Below are positions 9,338 through 18,542 of a DNA stretch of 64,000 nucleotides, piece after piece; position 1 is the stretch's first letter, and every line of letters begins with the position of its first letter. The translations under genes and the position numbers were made by a program. Source of the DNA: Candidatus Binatia bacterium (GTDB lineage Bacteria; Desulfobacterota; Binatia; Bin18). The stretch spans positions 1,312,001-1,376,000 of the forward strand of contig OY761159.2 of assembly GCA_963664395.2 (NCBI GenBank), in the 5' to 3' direction. The notes under the pieces are model-generated. The model ran no database searches. It was given only the letters and a program-made list of their open reading frames with translations, and was not told where the DNA came from.

Positions 9338-10396
9338 CTATAACCATGTCTGTTGTTTGTACCATGCTGCTGTTTCAGCAAATCCAGTTGCCATCGGAAT
9401 CTGCGCCTCAAATCCTAACTCCCGCTTGGCCAGCGCAGTTTCGCACAGCCAAGCAGGGGCGAAGAGTTCCTTGACTTTTTCGCGATTGAATATCGTTGCT
9501 CGCCCTCTGACCGCCGCTCCGCCTTCGCTCACAGTTGCCGCCATCTGCACCAGAAACCATGGGATACGAACCATACGGACTGAGCGCCCAACGGCCTGAC
9601 TTATACACGTGGCAATTTCGCTCCAGGCATAGGATCGTGATTCCGCCACGTGATAGATCCCACGCGCGCGTGGCATTATGGCCGCGCGTAGCAGCGCCTG
9701 GACTAAATCTGCAACGTGGACGAGCTGCACAATTCTCTCCGGGCCGGCCGGCATCAGCAAAACACCACGGGCGGCGAGACGGAAGAGCAAAAAGAAATCT
9801 TTCTCCCGTGGGCCATATACCACCGGCGCACGCAAGCTGACGACCTCGAAAGCGTCGGACGCAGCCAAGCAGGCTTGTTCTCCAACGAGCTTACTCCGCC
9901 CGTAGGCAGTAATAGGGTGTGGCTCGTCGTGCGGTTCAACAGGCTGTCCCTCTCGTGCCGGGCCCGCTGCCGCGAGTGAACTGAGATACACCAGTCGTTG
10001 CGGACGCGGTTGCGCAGCCCGCATAGCCTGAACGAGCAGCTGCGTCCCCTCGGCATTCGAGCGCAGATACTCCTCCTCTGAGCGGGCTTTTGTGACGGCC
10101 GCAATATGGAAAACCGTATCAACTTGAGAGACAGCTCGCATAAGGCTGTCTCGATCTTCTAGCGAGCCTTGGATCAATTCGACCTTTTCGACCTTGTCAG
10201 CCTTATCACAGGCAAGTCGAGAAATATCACTCGTAGGGCGCACGAGAACGCGCGGCCAGACGCCTTGTTTAATCAGTGCATCAACAAGGTGCGAGCCAAT
10301 AAAGCCAGTCCCCCCCGTCACAAGGACACGGGTGCCTGCCTTCACCAGCGGAGTGCGTGGTGTTATCCCTCGGGTACTCACAGTAGCTCGAATCAC
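9338..10396 (-). CDS. cerR: NAD-dependent epimerase/dehydratase-family reductase, probable ceramide/3-oxo-sphinganine reductase
   Basis: TGGTGFIG, SSLAA, YGRSK, VYGP; first gene of the run containing spt and bcerS. Confidence 0.75.
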   Translation of the reverse strand: MIRATVSTRGITPRTPLVKAGTRVLVTGGTGFIGSHLVDALIKQGVWPRVLVRPTSDISRLACDKADKVEKVELIQGSLEDRDSLMRAVSQVDTVFHIAAVTKARSEEEYLRSNAEGTQLLVQAMRAAQPRPQRLVYLSSLAAAGPAREGQPVEPHDEPHPITAYGRSKLVGEQACLAASDAFEVVSLRAPVVYGPREKDFFLLFRLAARGVLLMPAGPERIVQLVHVADLVQALLRAAIMPRARGIYHVAESRSYAWSEIATCISQAVGRSVRMVRIPWFLVQMAATVSEGGAAVRGRATIFNREKVKELFAPAWLCETALAKRELGFEAQIPMATGFAETAAWYKQQTWL

Positions 10397-10586
10397 GTGA
10401 AGTCGGACGCTAGATAACAGATTTCCCCAATTTAACCAAGGGGCAACATAAATACCATAGGAGTTTTATCAGAAATAACGTCGTTTTTGAGTGTGCAGTT
10501 CTCTCTCATTCCTCAACGCTCTCTTGACAACACTATTCTGAGCGCTCTTTATAGAGACCTCTCATCCACGTTGGAAAAGTCTCTTT

Positions 10587-11735
10587 ATGCCGACCGGCCG
10601 GAACAAATGGGGTGGCGCAGTGCAACCGAGCGATTCGTCTGTCACGTCTCTTCGTGACCTTTCTGAGGAGATATCAGACGAGCAGCTCGTCGCGCAATTA
10701 CGCAAGCGCTTTGCCGCCACGTTCCAACTCAACGCGAGCCTCTATTGGCTTGACCTCTTGCTGTCTTCTCTTTTGGGGTGGATTGCCTTTTGGTTGAGTG
10801 TGCAACAATCATTCGGCTCTCTTGCCTATCTCGCAACTACGAGTATCGCCCTCATAGCTCTCCTCCGCGCAGCCTTATTTATTCATGAAATTGCCCACTG
10901 TAAGCGGGGCAGCCTGCCTGGTTTTGAATGCGGCTGGCATGCCTTGGTCGGCCTGCCTTTCATGCTTCCCAGTCTCATGTATGTGGGCTCCCATGGGGAT
11001 CATCACCGGCCTCACACCTTCGGTACAACGAGCGACCCCGAGTATGCGCCGCTCGTTCACGGCAATATCCTCGGTCTGACGTGGTTTGTTCTCGGTGTCC
11101 TCATCATTCCCGTCTTATTGCCCCTACGATGGGGCCTCATCGGTCCTTTTTCGTATGTTGTCCCCCCGCTGCGAAAAATCGTTATTCAGCGTGCTTCAAC
11201 CCTTGTGATCAATCCTGCCTATCGCCGCCCTCTGCCTGGAAAACGGCAGAGGTTGCGTTGGCTCGTACAAGAATGGGCAGCCGCGCTGGTAGCTTGGCTG
11301 GTGTGCGCAAGCTGGCTTGCCGGGCAGTTTCCGACCGCCTGGCTCATGCAGTGGTATATCGTTACGGCTGGCATGTTGATAGTGAACCAAGTCCGGACTC
11401 TAGCGGCCCATCGCTATGACAATACCGGGCGGCGGTTGAGTGTGGCCGAGCAACTGCTCGATTCTGTCAATTTGTGTGGCTGGCCAGTTTTGACCGTTCT
11501 CGCCGCCCCCGTAGGTCTCCGCTATCACGCCCTGCACCATCTCGTACCGAACGTCCCCTACCACAGTCTCGGTCGGCTCAATCGTCAGTTACAAGAGGTC
11601 TTGCCTCCCGCTTGTGTCTATCAGCAGACAATGGAACGCGGTATTCTCTCGGCTATCCACAGTCTGGTACGACGGATGGGCCGGAGTCGCAGCTCTTCAA
11701 CGCTTAGCGAAGAGCACGTTGGCGAAGAAGCTTAA
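10587..11735 (+). CDS. Membrane fatty acid desaturase family protein (candidate sphingolipid desaturase)
   Basis: His boxes HEIAH, HGDHH, HALHH; TM helices; divergent from cerR. Confidence 0.85.
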   Translation: MPTGRNKWGGAVQPSDSSVTSLRDLSEEISDEQLVAQLRKRFAATFQLNASLYWLDLLLSSLLGWIAFWLSVQQSFGSLAYLATTSIALIALLRAALFIHEIAHCKRGSLPGFECGWHALVGLPFMLPSLMYVGSHGDHHRPHTFGTTSDPEYAPLVHGNILGLTWFVLGVLIIPVLLPLRWGLIGPFSYVVPPLRKIVIQRASTLVINPAYRRPLPGKRQRLRWLVQEWAAALVAWLVCASWLAGQFPTAWLMQWYIVTAGMLIVNQVRTLAAHRYDNTGRRLSVAEQLLDSVNLCGWPVLTVLAAPVGLRYHALHHLVPNVPYHSLGRLNRQLQEVLPPACVYQQTMERGILSAIHSLVRRMGRSRSSSTLSEEHVGEEA

Positions 11736-12738
11736 ACAACACCGGCCAGCCTAAGAGCAGTGGATAGCGCCGTTGTCGCTCTGAGAGCTCAACCCACACC
11801 CCGGTATGCCGCCCCAGCTTCCATAAGACATAGGGCAGCCAGTCATCAAATGTCAGCGCGGTTTTGAAGAGTCGCACGGCATACAGGCATTTTGCCCCTG
11901 TCGCCCGGACAGCCCAACTCAATCTCCCTGTCCAGCGTGTGAGCCGTGGCATAGAGACCAACCACTGTCCATCTTTTTCTCGGCAGGCACACCTCCCCTG
12001 CTGCTCCAGTAGTTGGAGCCCTAAGCGTGCGACTTGGTCATAGCGCTCGGGGGATGCTTCGTATACTGCCCGGATGGTTTCCGGTCGTTCGGTCCGAAAC
12101 TCAGTCCGATACGTCTCTCGAAACCCTCTCTGCCAGAGGTCGGCGGGGTGAAAGGACCGGGTCAGATTATTCCGTGCGAAAAATGGAAGAACGCGAGAGA
12201 GAAACGTCAGCGTGGCTTGCGTGGCTGCGTGTATCACCCTGTCCTGCACCACCTCACTGCGTACAAACACGAGAAGCGCCGGCTGACAGAATCGGGCCCA
12301 GATAATAGCTGGGACAACGGCTGGAGTGGTGGCGCACTCAAAATCCGCAGTCGAGATAACCGCATACTTCGCCCGCAGAGTCTGCGCTCCCTGCCCGACC
12401 TCAATATAGAACACATTCGGCGGCAGCAGAGCGTTCAGTATGCGGAGCGCGGCCATCTTGGCCGCGCATAGTCGCGGGCTGGAAGTCCGCGCTCCGTCTA
12501 GGGGCCTTTGATAGAAAGACCGGTACGAGCGGACAAGAACGTAAAAGTCGAGAACAGCATCAGCCATCTGCTGTGTTCGGAGGCAAGAGCCATAAAACAA
12601 TACGGCGTCCACCGCCTCACCATGGCGCTGCTGGATTTCCGTAGCAATAATCCGCGCTGCTTCAGGCACCGGCCGGGTCCACTCTCGGGCCAAGAGAGAC
12701 GTGAGGGCAGGAAGAGGCGGTTGCAAATAGTCGCGCAT
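11704..12738 (-). CDS. Tam41/Mmp37-like lipid-phosphate cytidylyltransferase (CpgA-like)
   Basis: AVLFYGS..AVLDFYVLV nucleotidyltransferase motif, NALLPPNVFY, AKYAVIS, WARFCQP; follows the DAGK gene. Confidence 0.7.
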   Translation of the reverse strand: MRDYLQPPLPALTSLLAREWTRPVPEAARIIATEIQQRHGEAVDAVLFYGSCLRTQQMADAVLDFYVLVRSYRSFYQRPLDGARTSSPRLCAAKMAALRILNALLPPNVFYIEVGQGAQTLRAKYAVISTADFECATTPAVVPAIIWARFCQPALLVFVRSEVVQDRVIHAATQATLTFLSRVLPFFARNNLTRSFHPADLWQRGFRETYRTEFRTERPETIRAVYEASPERYDQVARLGLQLLEQQGRCACREKDGQWLVSMPRLTRWTGRLSWAVRATGAKCLYAVRLFKTALTFDDWLPYVLWKLGRHTGVWVELSERQRRYPLLLGWPVLFKLLRQRALR

Positions 12739-12740
12739 AC

Positions 12741-13766
12741 TTACGCTCGAATAAAACGGAGTCGATGGTCTGTAGAAAGATGCAGTGTCCGGTCCGGCTC
12801 CGGCTCAAAGAGTTCCCCATCAATGGTAAAACCGCAGTCCATCTGCATAGTCAGACGCTCAACATTATGACTGCAATAGCCCGAGTCCAGCGCAAACGGA
12901 GGAGGGGGAAACCCGCGTAAAACCTTCCATACAGCAACAGGGCTACGCACGGCATTGGCCGCAATAGCGGTAAAACGGAGCGGGGCAGGCTCTTGTCCCC
13001 AAAACGGACAAATACGGAGTAAGAGCCGTTTCAGTGTGGTCGCCATCATGAGTTGAAGCGGCTTTTTTTCAAGCCGGTCTACTGGCGTCTCCTTTTCCAG
13101 TGGCTTTCGGTAGGGGTGGGTTTGAAACCCGCCCGTACAGAGACCAATTTCATCCGGAGCAAACACGCCGCGGTGTGAACCGCTCGCTACCTGCAGGAGG
13201 GCTCCACCTAAAAAGAGTCCGGCGCCGAATAAACCCTGTAAACGCCGCTTGGGATAGAGCTGATGCTTAAAGGTCAGCGCCCGCTGGATCACACCGGCAC
13301 CGAAAAACATGCCATATTGAGCGCGCGTGCCTGGTCCGGAGTCGATTCGCAACACCGGCCGCTTCACTACGCGCTGCTCAAGCGTATTGGCCTGCATAGC
13401 GCGGATCAAGGCGACGAGGCCGGCGGCCGGCGTACCGGTACTGCCAATATCCGTCGCGTTCATATTTGTTCGTCCGCCAGACAAGGGAGCAATAGCCGGC
13501 AGCGACTCAAAGATCGTGCGTTCCAAGACCTCAGTCAACACACGTTGCAGCGTGCCATCTCCGCCATCGACAGCGAGGAGGGTCACACCGTGGTGCGCGA
13601 GGCGGGCAAGCGCGTCAGGCACTTCTGCACTCGATCCGGTCGTCACATGCACGACCTCAGGCGCGTTCTTGAGTACCTGCCTGAGCGCAGTCAGGGAGGA
13701 GGAGCGGGTTTCAAACCCGCTCCTCCTGTGACCGGCCTGGCAATTACTGAAGAGACCCAGTCGCAC
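12741..13766 (-). CDS. Diacylglycerol/sphingosine kinase family protein, probable ceramide kinase (CpgB-like)
   Basis: GGDGTL, GGRTNM, GMFFGAG, IDGE; sphingolipid context. Confidence 0.8.
   Translation of the reverse strand: MRLGLFSNCQAGHRRSGFETRSSSLTALRQVLKNAPEVVHVTTGSSAEVPDALARLAHHGVTLLAVDGGDGTLQRVLTEVLERTIFESLPAIAPLSGGRTNMNATDIGSTGTPAAGLVALIRAMQANTLEQRVVKRPVLRIDSGPGTRAQYGMFFGAGVIQRALTFKHQLYPKRRLQGLFGAGLFLGGALLQVASGSHRGVFAPDEIGLCTGGFQTHPYRKPLEKETPVDRLEKKPLQLMMATTLKRLLLRICPFWGQEPAPLRFTAIAANAVRSPVAVWKVLRGFPPPPFALDSGYCSHNVERLTMQMDCGFTIDGELFEPEPDRTLHLSTDHRLRFIRA
13110..13138. repeat. REP-like GTAG palindrome inside the kinase CDS
   Basis: GTAGGGGTGGGTTTGAAACCCGCCCGTAC, imperfect hairpin. Confidence 0.8.
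13697..13727. repeat. REP-like perfect palindrome inside the 5' end of the kinase CDS
   Basis: AGGAGGAGCGGGTTT-C-AAACCCGCTCCTCCT, perfect 15-bp arms with the same GGGTTTnAAACCC core. Confidence 0.8.
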
Positions 13767-14958
13767 GGAAGTCCCGTAATCCTGGGAAGAGCGAGACTGT
13801 AACCTCCGGTCGGGGTAAGGGATTCAGGAAGGAGACTTTTGTCACCCCAGTACCGGTGAGATGCATGGGCTCGCTCGTCTGGTCGGATTGGAAAGTGATA
13901 TGAAAAGGGGAGAGTAACCACACCCGGCGTGGTTTCAGCTTGAGCGCCATCAGGAACCGGAAGGGCTGCGGGATGTCATCCAATGGATCATGGCGGAGGA
14001 GTAGCTGGTTGAGCTGGATGGAGCCTTTGAACCGCTCACTCTCGAAATGAAGCTGTTGTGGGACATGGTAATTCCCAACGTTCTGCACCTCCCCATCGAA
14101 GGTCACATCAAAATTATGTGCCTGGTGGACCACCTGGTGTCCGTTTTTAGCAACCAGCCAACGGCTCTGCGTCCCCTGGGGTGTTGTCAGGTCTGCCAGA
14201 TAGAACGACATCTCCGGTATCGTATTGTCCGCACTGGGCAGTGAGAAGAACTCCAAGCGCCGCAGGACAAGATCGGACTCGGCTGCATTTGTCCAGCTAT
14301 GCGTGACAGCAACAGAGCCCTGGATTGGGGCTGGCTCAGCCATCCCTTTGACCCAGACATCTCCTTCTGCCCGCGCAGCGGGATCAAGCAGATCAATGGC
14401 ATAACCGGACGGGGGGAAGTCGGTGGACCAGAGAGCTGATCCGCTTGGATAGAAATCCAGCGCAACATGCGTACGCTTCTTTTTGACCTGCAGCGCATTT
14501 TTGGGACCATGCTGGTCGAGCCAACTGGAACCCACTTCCATCCGGAGTCGGTCCGGAGAGAGTTCCCAGCGGCTTTCGCGCCGACCAGTGCGAAAGCGCC
14601 GACTCTGGCCATTGGGTTGAATAACATGCCCAATCACAGCCGCGTTCCGATCTCCAAATCCTAAATTGGTGATCAAAAATTCCGTAAAAAAGAAATGGCC
14701 GGAGTCGAAGCGCGCCGTCAGCTCCCACCGTTCGTACGCGAACTCCCCCGGAAGGAGACGAGCCGCGGGGTTGCCCCGTTCGGGCACAGCAAAGACCGGA
14801 GCAGCAAAGACCGGAGCAGCAAAGAGGGGAACAGCAAAGAGGGACGAAGCCACACCATGCCAGCTCATCCCGCCCACGAGCAACAAGCAGCCAGCGATAA
14901 TGATCCCTGGCCAACCAGGCCAGCGCTGGGACATAGGTGCCGATACGCCTTTCTTCAT
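13744..14958 (-). CDS. Membrane-anchored or exported lipocalin-like (AttH/CrtC/Svf1-like) beta-barrel protein
   Basis: ATG at 14958 overlaps the stop of the upstream phosphotransferase (ATGA); N-terminal TM; YERWELTARFDSGHFFFTEFLITN and VTHSW motifs; beta-rich. Confidence 0.55.
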   Translation of the reverse strand: MKKGVSAPMSQRWPGWPGIIIAGCLLLVGGMSWHGVASSLFAVPLFAAPVFAAPVFAVPERGNPAARLLPGEFAYERWELTARFDSGHFFFTEFLITNLGFGDRNAAVIGHVIQPNGQSRRFRTGRRESRWELSPDRLRMEVGSSWLDQHGPKNALQVKKKRTHVALDFYPSGSALWSTDFPPSGYAIDLLDPAARAEGDVWVKGMAEPAPIQGSVAVTHSWTNAAESDLVLRRLEFFSLPSADNTIPEMSFYLADLTTPQGTQSRWLVAKNGHQVVHQAHNFDVTFDGEVQNVGNYHVPQQLHFESERFKGSIQLNQLLLRHDPLDDIPQPFRFLMALKLKPRRVWLLSPFHITFQSDQTSEPMHLTGTGVTKVSFLNPLPRPEVTVSLFPGLRDFRATGSLQ

Positions 14959-16238
14959 GCTGGCGTCCCTACTTCCTGCCATGTTTGAACAGGCCGACCG
15001 CGCCAGCGTTGGATACAGGCTTGGCCCAGGCGTAGGGTATGAAACACAAGAGAACAGATGGTCCAGACCGCAACTGACCAAAAGCCCAGGTCAGGACGAC
15101 CAGCAAGTGTCCCCAGCGTTAACAAAATAAGATTCGGATTCCGGCGCGCGGTAATGGTACGAAAAAACGAATCAATGGGTCGCCACGAATGGATTTCCAT
15201 ATGAAAAGCCAGCAGAAAGAGCCCTTCGAGTAATCGTCCGAGAATATACCCTCCAATGATAATCGCTGGGACGGGATCATGCCAGATCAAGGCAAGAGAA
15301 AAACTGCTCGTCAGGCCCATCGCCCAAGCCCAATACCAGAAGGGAGGGTGGGCAAGGTCAAGGCCGTGATCCAATACATGACCGATTCGACTTGAGGTAC
15401 AGGTGACGCGGGCCAGCTTGCCATCCACTGTATCCAGAAAAGTCATAAACCAGGCTCCCGCTAATCCAAGGCCAAATTGCCCTTGGACAAAGAGCCAAGT
15501 CGCCGCGCCCACCAACAACCAGCTGAGCCCGGTCACCATGTTGGGGGACACATGGGATTGAGCCAGCAGGCGCGTGACGGCGCGGGCTGGTAGGGGCCAG
15601 ACCCACTTCGTGACCAGGTCAGTAATGCCCTTATACGACGCGCGAAATATACGATTTTCAACCTGAGTCAGCGAGTCCGCACCCACCTGGAGAAGATAGG
15701 GTGGGTCGTGTTTGCGCAACGCCGAGGAATAGGCTGAAACGAGGTCGTCAGGAACACAGCACAGCAGGCGTTTCCGTTGCGCGTCACTCAGAGACGTTGT
15801 ACCAGCGAGGAAGGGGAGCACGGCATCTCTTTGGCTTCCTTGCTGGCTCCCTTGCTGGCTCCCTTGCTGACTCCCTTGTGTTACTGTCGCGACAATTGTT
15901 GAGGGTGTAGCCGGATCAACGAGGGCCATGCTCTGGACGACACTGCACTCAAGACTCCTCTCAAGCATTGCACCGATTAAGCGCTCGTCAAAAACATAAT
16001 CCACTCGGAAAACAAGGAGTGGGCTATCAGACGGAGCAGGCGGAGTTGTTCCAGTCGCAATCTGCTCATCAGACACACCCGCGGCGCGGAGGGTCCGACA
16101 CAGACGTTCTGCTGGCGAGAGGCCCCACACTTCAACCAAGTCCGTAGAGGCGGGTTCGAAATCCGCCCCTACGGCTGCAAAGTCGGATTGTTCAGCAAGC
16201 CAAACCTGAACGCGCTCGGCTCCTGCCACCGGCTTCAT
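14955..16238 (-). CDS. CDP-alcohol phosphatidyltransferase (CpgC-like) with N-terminal soluble domain
   Basis: YKGITDLVTK, SPNMVT, LDTVDGKLARVT...GHVLDHGLD signature. Confidence 0.88.
   Translation of the reverse strand: MKPVAGAERVQVWLAEQSDFAAVGADFEPASTDLVEVWGLSPAERLCRTLRAAGVSDEQIATGTTPPAPSDSPLLVFRVDYVFDERLIGAMLERSLECSVVQSMALVDPATPSTIVATVTQGSQQGSQQGSQQGSQRDAVLPFLAGTTSLSDAQRKRLLCCVPDDLVSAYSSALRKHDPPYLLQVGADSLTQVENRIFRASYKGITDLVTKWVWPLPARAVTRLLAQSHVSPNMVTGLSWLLVGAATWLFVQGQFGLGLAGAWFMTFLDTVDGKLARVTCTSSRIGHVLDHGLDLAHPPFWYWAWAMGLTSSFSLALIWHDPVPAIIIGGYILGRLLEGLFLLAFHMEIHSWRPIDSFFRTITARRNPNLILLTLGTLAGRPDLGFWSVAVWTICSLVFHTLRLGQACIQRWRGRPVQTWQEVGTPA
15830..15878 (-). repeat. 12-bp tandem repeat encoding (QGSQ)n
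   Basis: Four near-identical units giving QGSQQGSQQGSQQGSQ in the CDS. Confidence 0.7.
16144..16172. repeat. REP-like GTAG palindrome inside the phosphotransferase CDS
   Basis: GTAGAGGCGGGTTCGAAATCCGCCCCTAC. Confidence 0.8.
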
Positions 16239-16365
16239 ACCGCTCCTCCTCTGTCACGCGATAGCTCGACCAAGGCCATGCCTGGGCCACAGCGTTCGAG
16301 TGAGCGGTCTTATCATACGCCAGGGAAGTGGTATAGGCTGGCTACAGTTGCGTATATTGAGAATT

Positions 16366-17313
16366 ATGTCAGTCTTTACGCTTGCCCATTTATCAGATCT
16401 GCACGTCACACCGATCCGTGTCCGGCGGCCTGTGGACTTTCTGAATAAGCGCCTCTTAGGTGCCTTGTCGTGGTCCCTGCGGCGACGAAAGGAATATCGG
16501 CCCGAAGTCCTGGCCGCGCTGGTCAAGGATTTACACACTCAGGGACCCGACCATGTGGTCATTACCGGCGACCTCACCAATGTGGCGCTGCAAGACGAGT
16601 TCTCGGCCTCACTCCCGTGGTTGCAAAAACTTGGCGGCCCACAGCACGTTTCCGTTATCCCAGGGAACCATGACACCTACACGCGCCAGAGCGAATCTTC
16701 CCCATGGACGTATTGGGGCGAATACATGCGCTCTCGTACCCCAGCGGATACGGGGTCAGACACGCCGGGGCTTCCTTCAGGGTTTCCGGCAACCGAGTTT
16801 CCGACCCTCCGCACCTGTGGACCAATCGCCATCGTCGGGGTCTCAACAGCGCGGGCAACCGCACCATTTCACGCCTCAGGAACGATAGGAGAGACCCAAC
16901 TGGGCCGACTTGAACAGCTCCTCAGGGCGTTGGCAAAAACTCCCTTGGGTCGGGTCGTGCTCATTCACCATCCTCCGCAAAACATCGCCCTGTCTGCCCG
17001 CCGTCGGCTCACTGACGCAGCTGCCTTTCGGGCCGTGCTCGCCACAGCCGGCGCAGAGCTTATTCTGCACGGCCATATTCACAGAACGGTCACAGCGAGT
17101 ATCCCCGGACCCTACGGGCCGATTCCCGTTGTTGGGGTCCGCGCCTCATCAGCGATTGGCCGGCGGCCGCATCGACGTTCGCGCTATCATCTGTATCGAA
17201 TCGAGCCACAAGGCGCGGTGAATGGACGAAGGCGTTTTCAGATCACCTTGACCTCTCGGGCCTATAACCCGAAGGATACCAGCTTCCAACACTATGACGA
17301 ACAGAGTCTCTAG
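16366..17313 (+). CDS. Calcineurin-like metallophosphoesterase
   Basis: SDLH, ITGDLTN, PGNHD, IHH, HGHIH motifs. Confidence 0.9.
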   Translation: MSVFTLAHLSDLHVTPIRVRRPVDFLNKRLLGALSWSLRRRKEYRPEVLAALVKDLHTQGPDHVVITGDLTNVALQDEFSASLPWLQKLGGPQHVSVIPGNHDTYTRQSESSPWTYWGEYMRSRTPADTGSDTPGLPSGFPATEFPTLRTCGPIAIVGVSTARATAPFHASGTIGETQLGRLEQLLRALAKTPLGRVVLIHHPPQNIALSARRRLTDAAAFRAVLATAGAELILHGHIHRTVTASIPGPYGPIPVVGVRASSAIGRRPHRRSRYHLYRIEPQGAVNGRRRFQITLTSRAYNPKDTSFQHYDEQSL

Positions 17314-17382
17314 CAACACTTTACGCTTGACTCATCCACCAGCCAGGAGCTAGAAGCAGAGCAGCATCTGATAACAGAGTGT

Positions 17383-18423
17383 GTGATTATGAAGAAACGC
17401 CAATCCTTGTTTCTCCTGTTCTTTCTTGGTCTCTTGAGCCCAGTGTTCAGCCCTCAGCTTGCCCATACGGTGCCAGTCGCCGAGGAGGTGCTCTCGGCCA
17501 TGGTGACGGTCCATGCGGAGGTACCGGCCAGTGCGCGTACCGCCCAATTTCTCGGTGAGCAACGGATCGGGAGTGGTGTGATCATCGATACGGAGGGCCA
17601 CATTCTCACCATCGGCTATTTAGTCATGGAAGCACACAGGGTTGAGGTCACTGGTCTGGATGGCAAACGCGTCCGGGCCACTGTTGTCGCTCATGACACG
17701 CAAACCGGCTTTGGCCTCTTGCGCGCGAACGAGCCGCTCAATGCCACCCCCATGCCGTTCGGCACGTCAGCTGACCTGACTGAACGAACAGAAGTCATCA
17801 TTGCCAGCGACAGCACTGCGGCGTCGGTGCGCCCGACTCTGGTGACCTCACGGCGGGAATTTGCCGGCTATTGGGAATACCTACTCGAAGACGCCATTTT
17901 CACCGCGCCGCCGCATCCCCGCTATGCCGGCGCCGCGCTGATTGGACCGGACGGCAAGCTGCTGGGCATCGGCTCGCTCTTGGTCAATGATGCCCTCCCG
18001 GGCAGAGGGTCTTTAACCGGGAATATGTTTGTTCCTATTGACCATCTCAAACCCATTCTTACAGACCTGATTCGCACCGGCCGCACCAGGGCAGCGCCTC
18101 GGCCCTGGCTCGGACTCTTTACCGAGGAATTCCGCGACAAGCTTGTTATCATGTTTGTGGCACCAGACGGACCAGCGGAGCAAGCAGGGGTGCGGGAAAA
18201 CGATTTGATCCTCAAGGTTGCCGGCCAGCCGGTCACCGATCAGGCTGACTTCTATCGAAAGGTGTGGGCGGTTGGGGAGGCGGGTGCCGATATCACCCTC
18301 ACTCTCCTCCAGGGGACAGTGATCACAGACATTACGGTGCGCTCTTCGGACAGGGGACAGTATTTTCGTACAGTTCCTGACCCGAAAAAGCCGGACACCG
18401 CAGAAGCGCTCCAGGCGACCTAG
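17383..18423 (+). CDS. HtrA/S1C trypsin-like protein with PDZ domain, apparently lacking catalytic His and Ser
   Basis: Signal peptide, GSGVIID, LTIGYLV in place of LTNxHV, YAGAALI in place of GNSGGPL, C-terminal PDZ (PWLG, GPAEQAGV). Confidence 0.8.
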   Translation: MIMKKRQSLFLLFFLGLLSPVFSPQLAHTVPVAEEVLSAMVTVHAEVPASARTAQFLGEQRIGSGVIIDTEGHILTIGYLVMEAHRVEVTGLDGKRVRATVVAHDTQTGFGLLRANEPLNATPMPFGTSADLTERTEVIIASDSTAASVRPTLVTSRREFAGYWEYLLEDAIFTAPPHPRYAGAALIGPDGKLLGIGSLLVNDALPGRGSLTGNMFVPIDHLKPILTDLIRTGRTRAAPRPWLGLFTEEFRDKLVIMFVAPDGPAEQAGVRENDLILKVAGQPVTDQADFYRKVWAVGEAGADITLTLLQGTVITDITVRSSDRGQYFRTVPDPKKPDTAEALQAT

Positions 18424-18542
18424 AGACCTAGCCCGCGCCCCTTCTCCCCTCTCTATTACGAGCACGGCTCTGGAGGAGAGTGATCCCTTCGCTTGTTATC
18501 GATTAGTGGTGAGCCTTGGGTTTCCCTCTATGGCTTGAGGTA

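Noticed and set aside
10524-10555. Sigma70 promoter for the desaturase (TTGACA)
   Set aside because: No convincing -10 hexamer at 16-18 bp spacing
14959-15081. Upstream extension of the lipocalin-like ORF
   Set aside because: Lies inside the phosphotransferase gene; the coupled ATG at 14958 is more plausible
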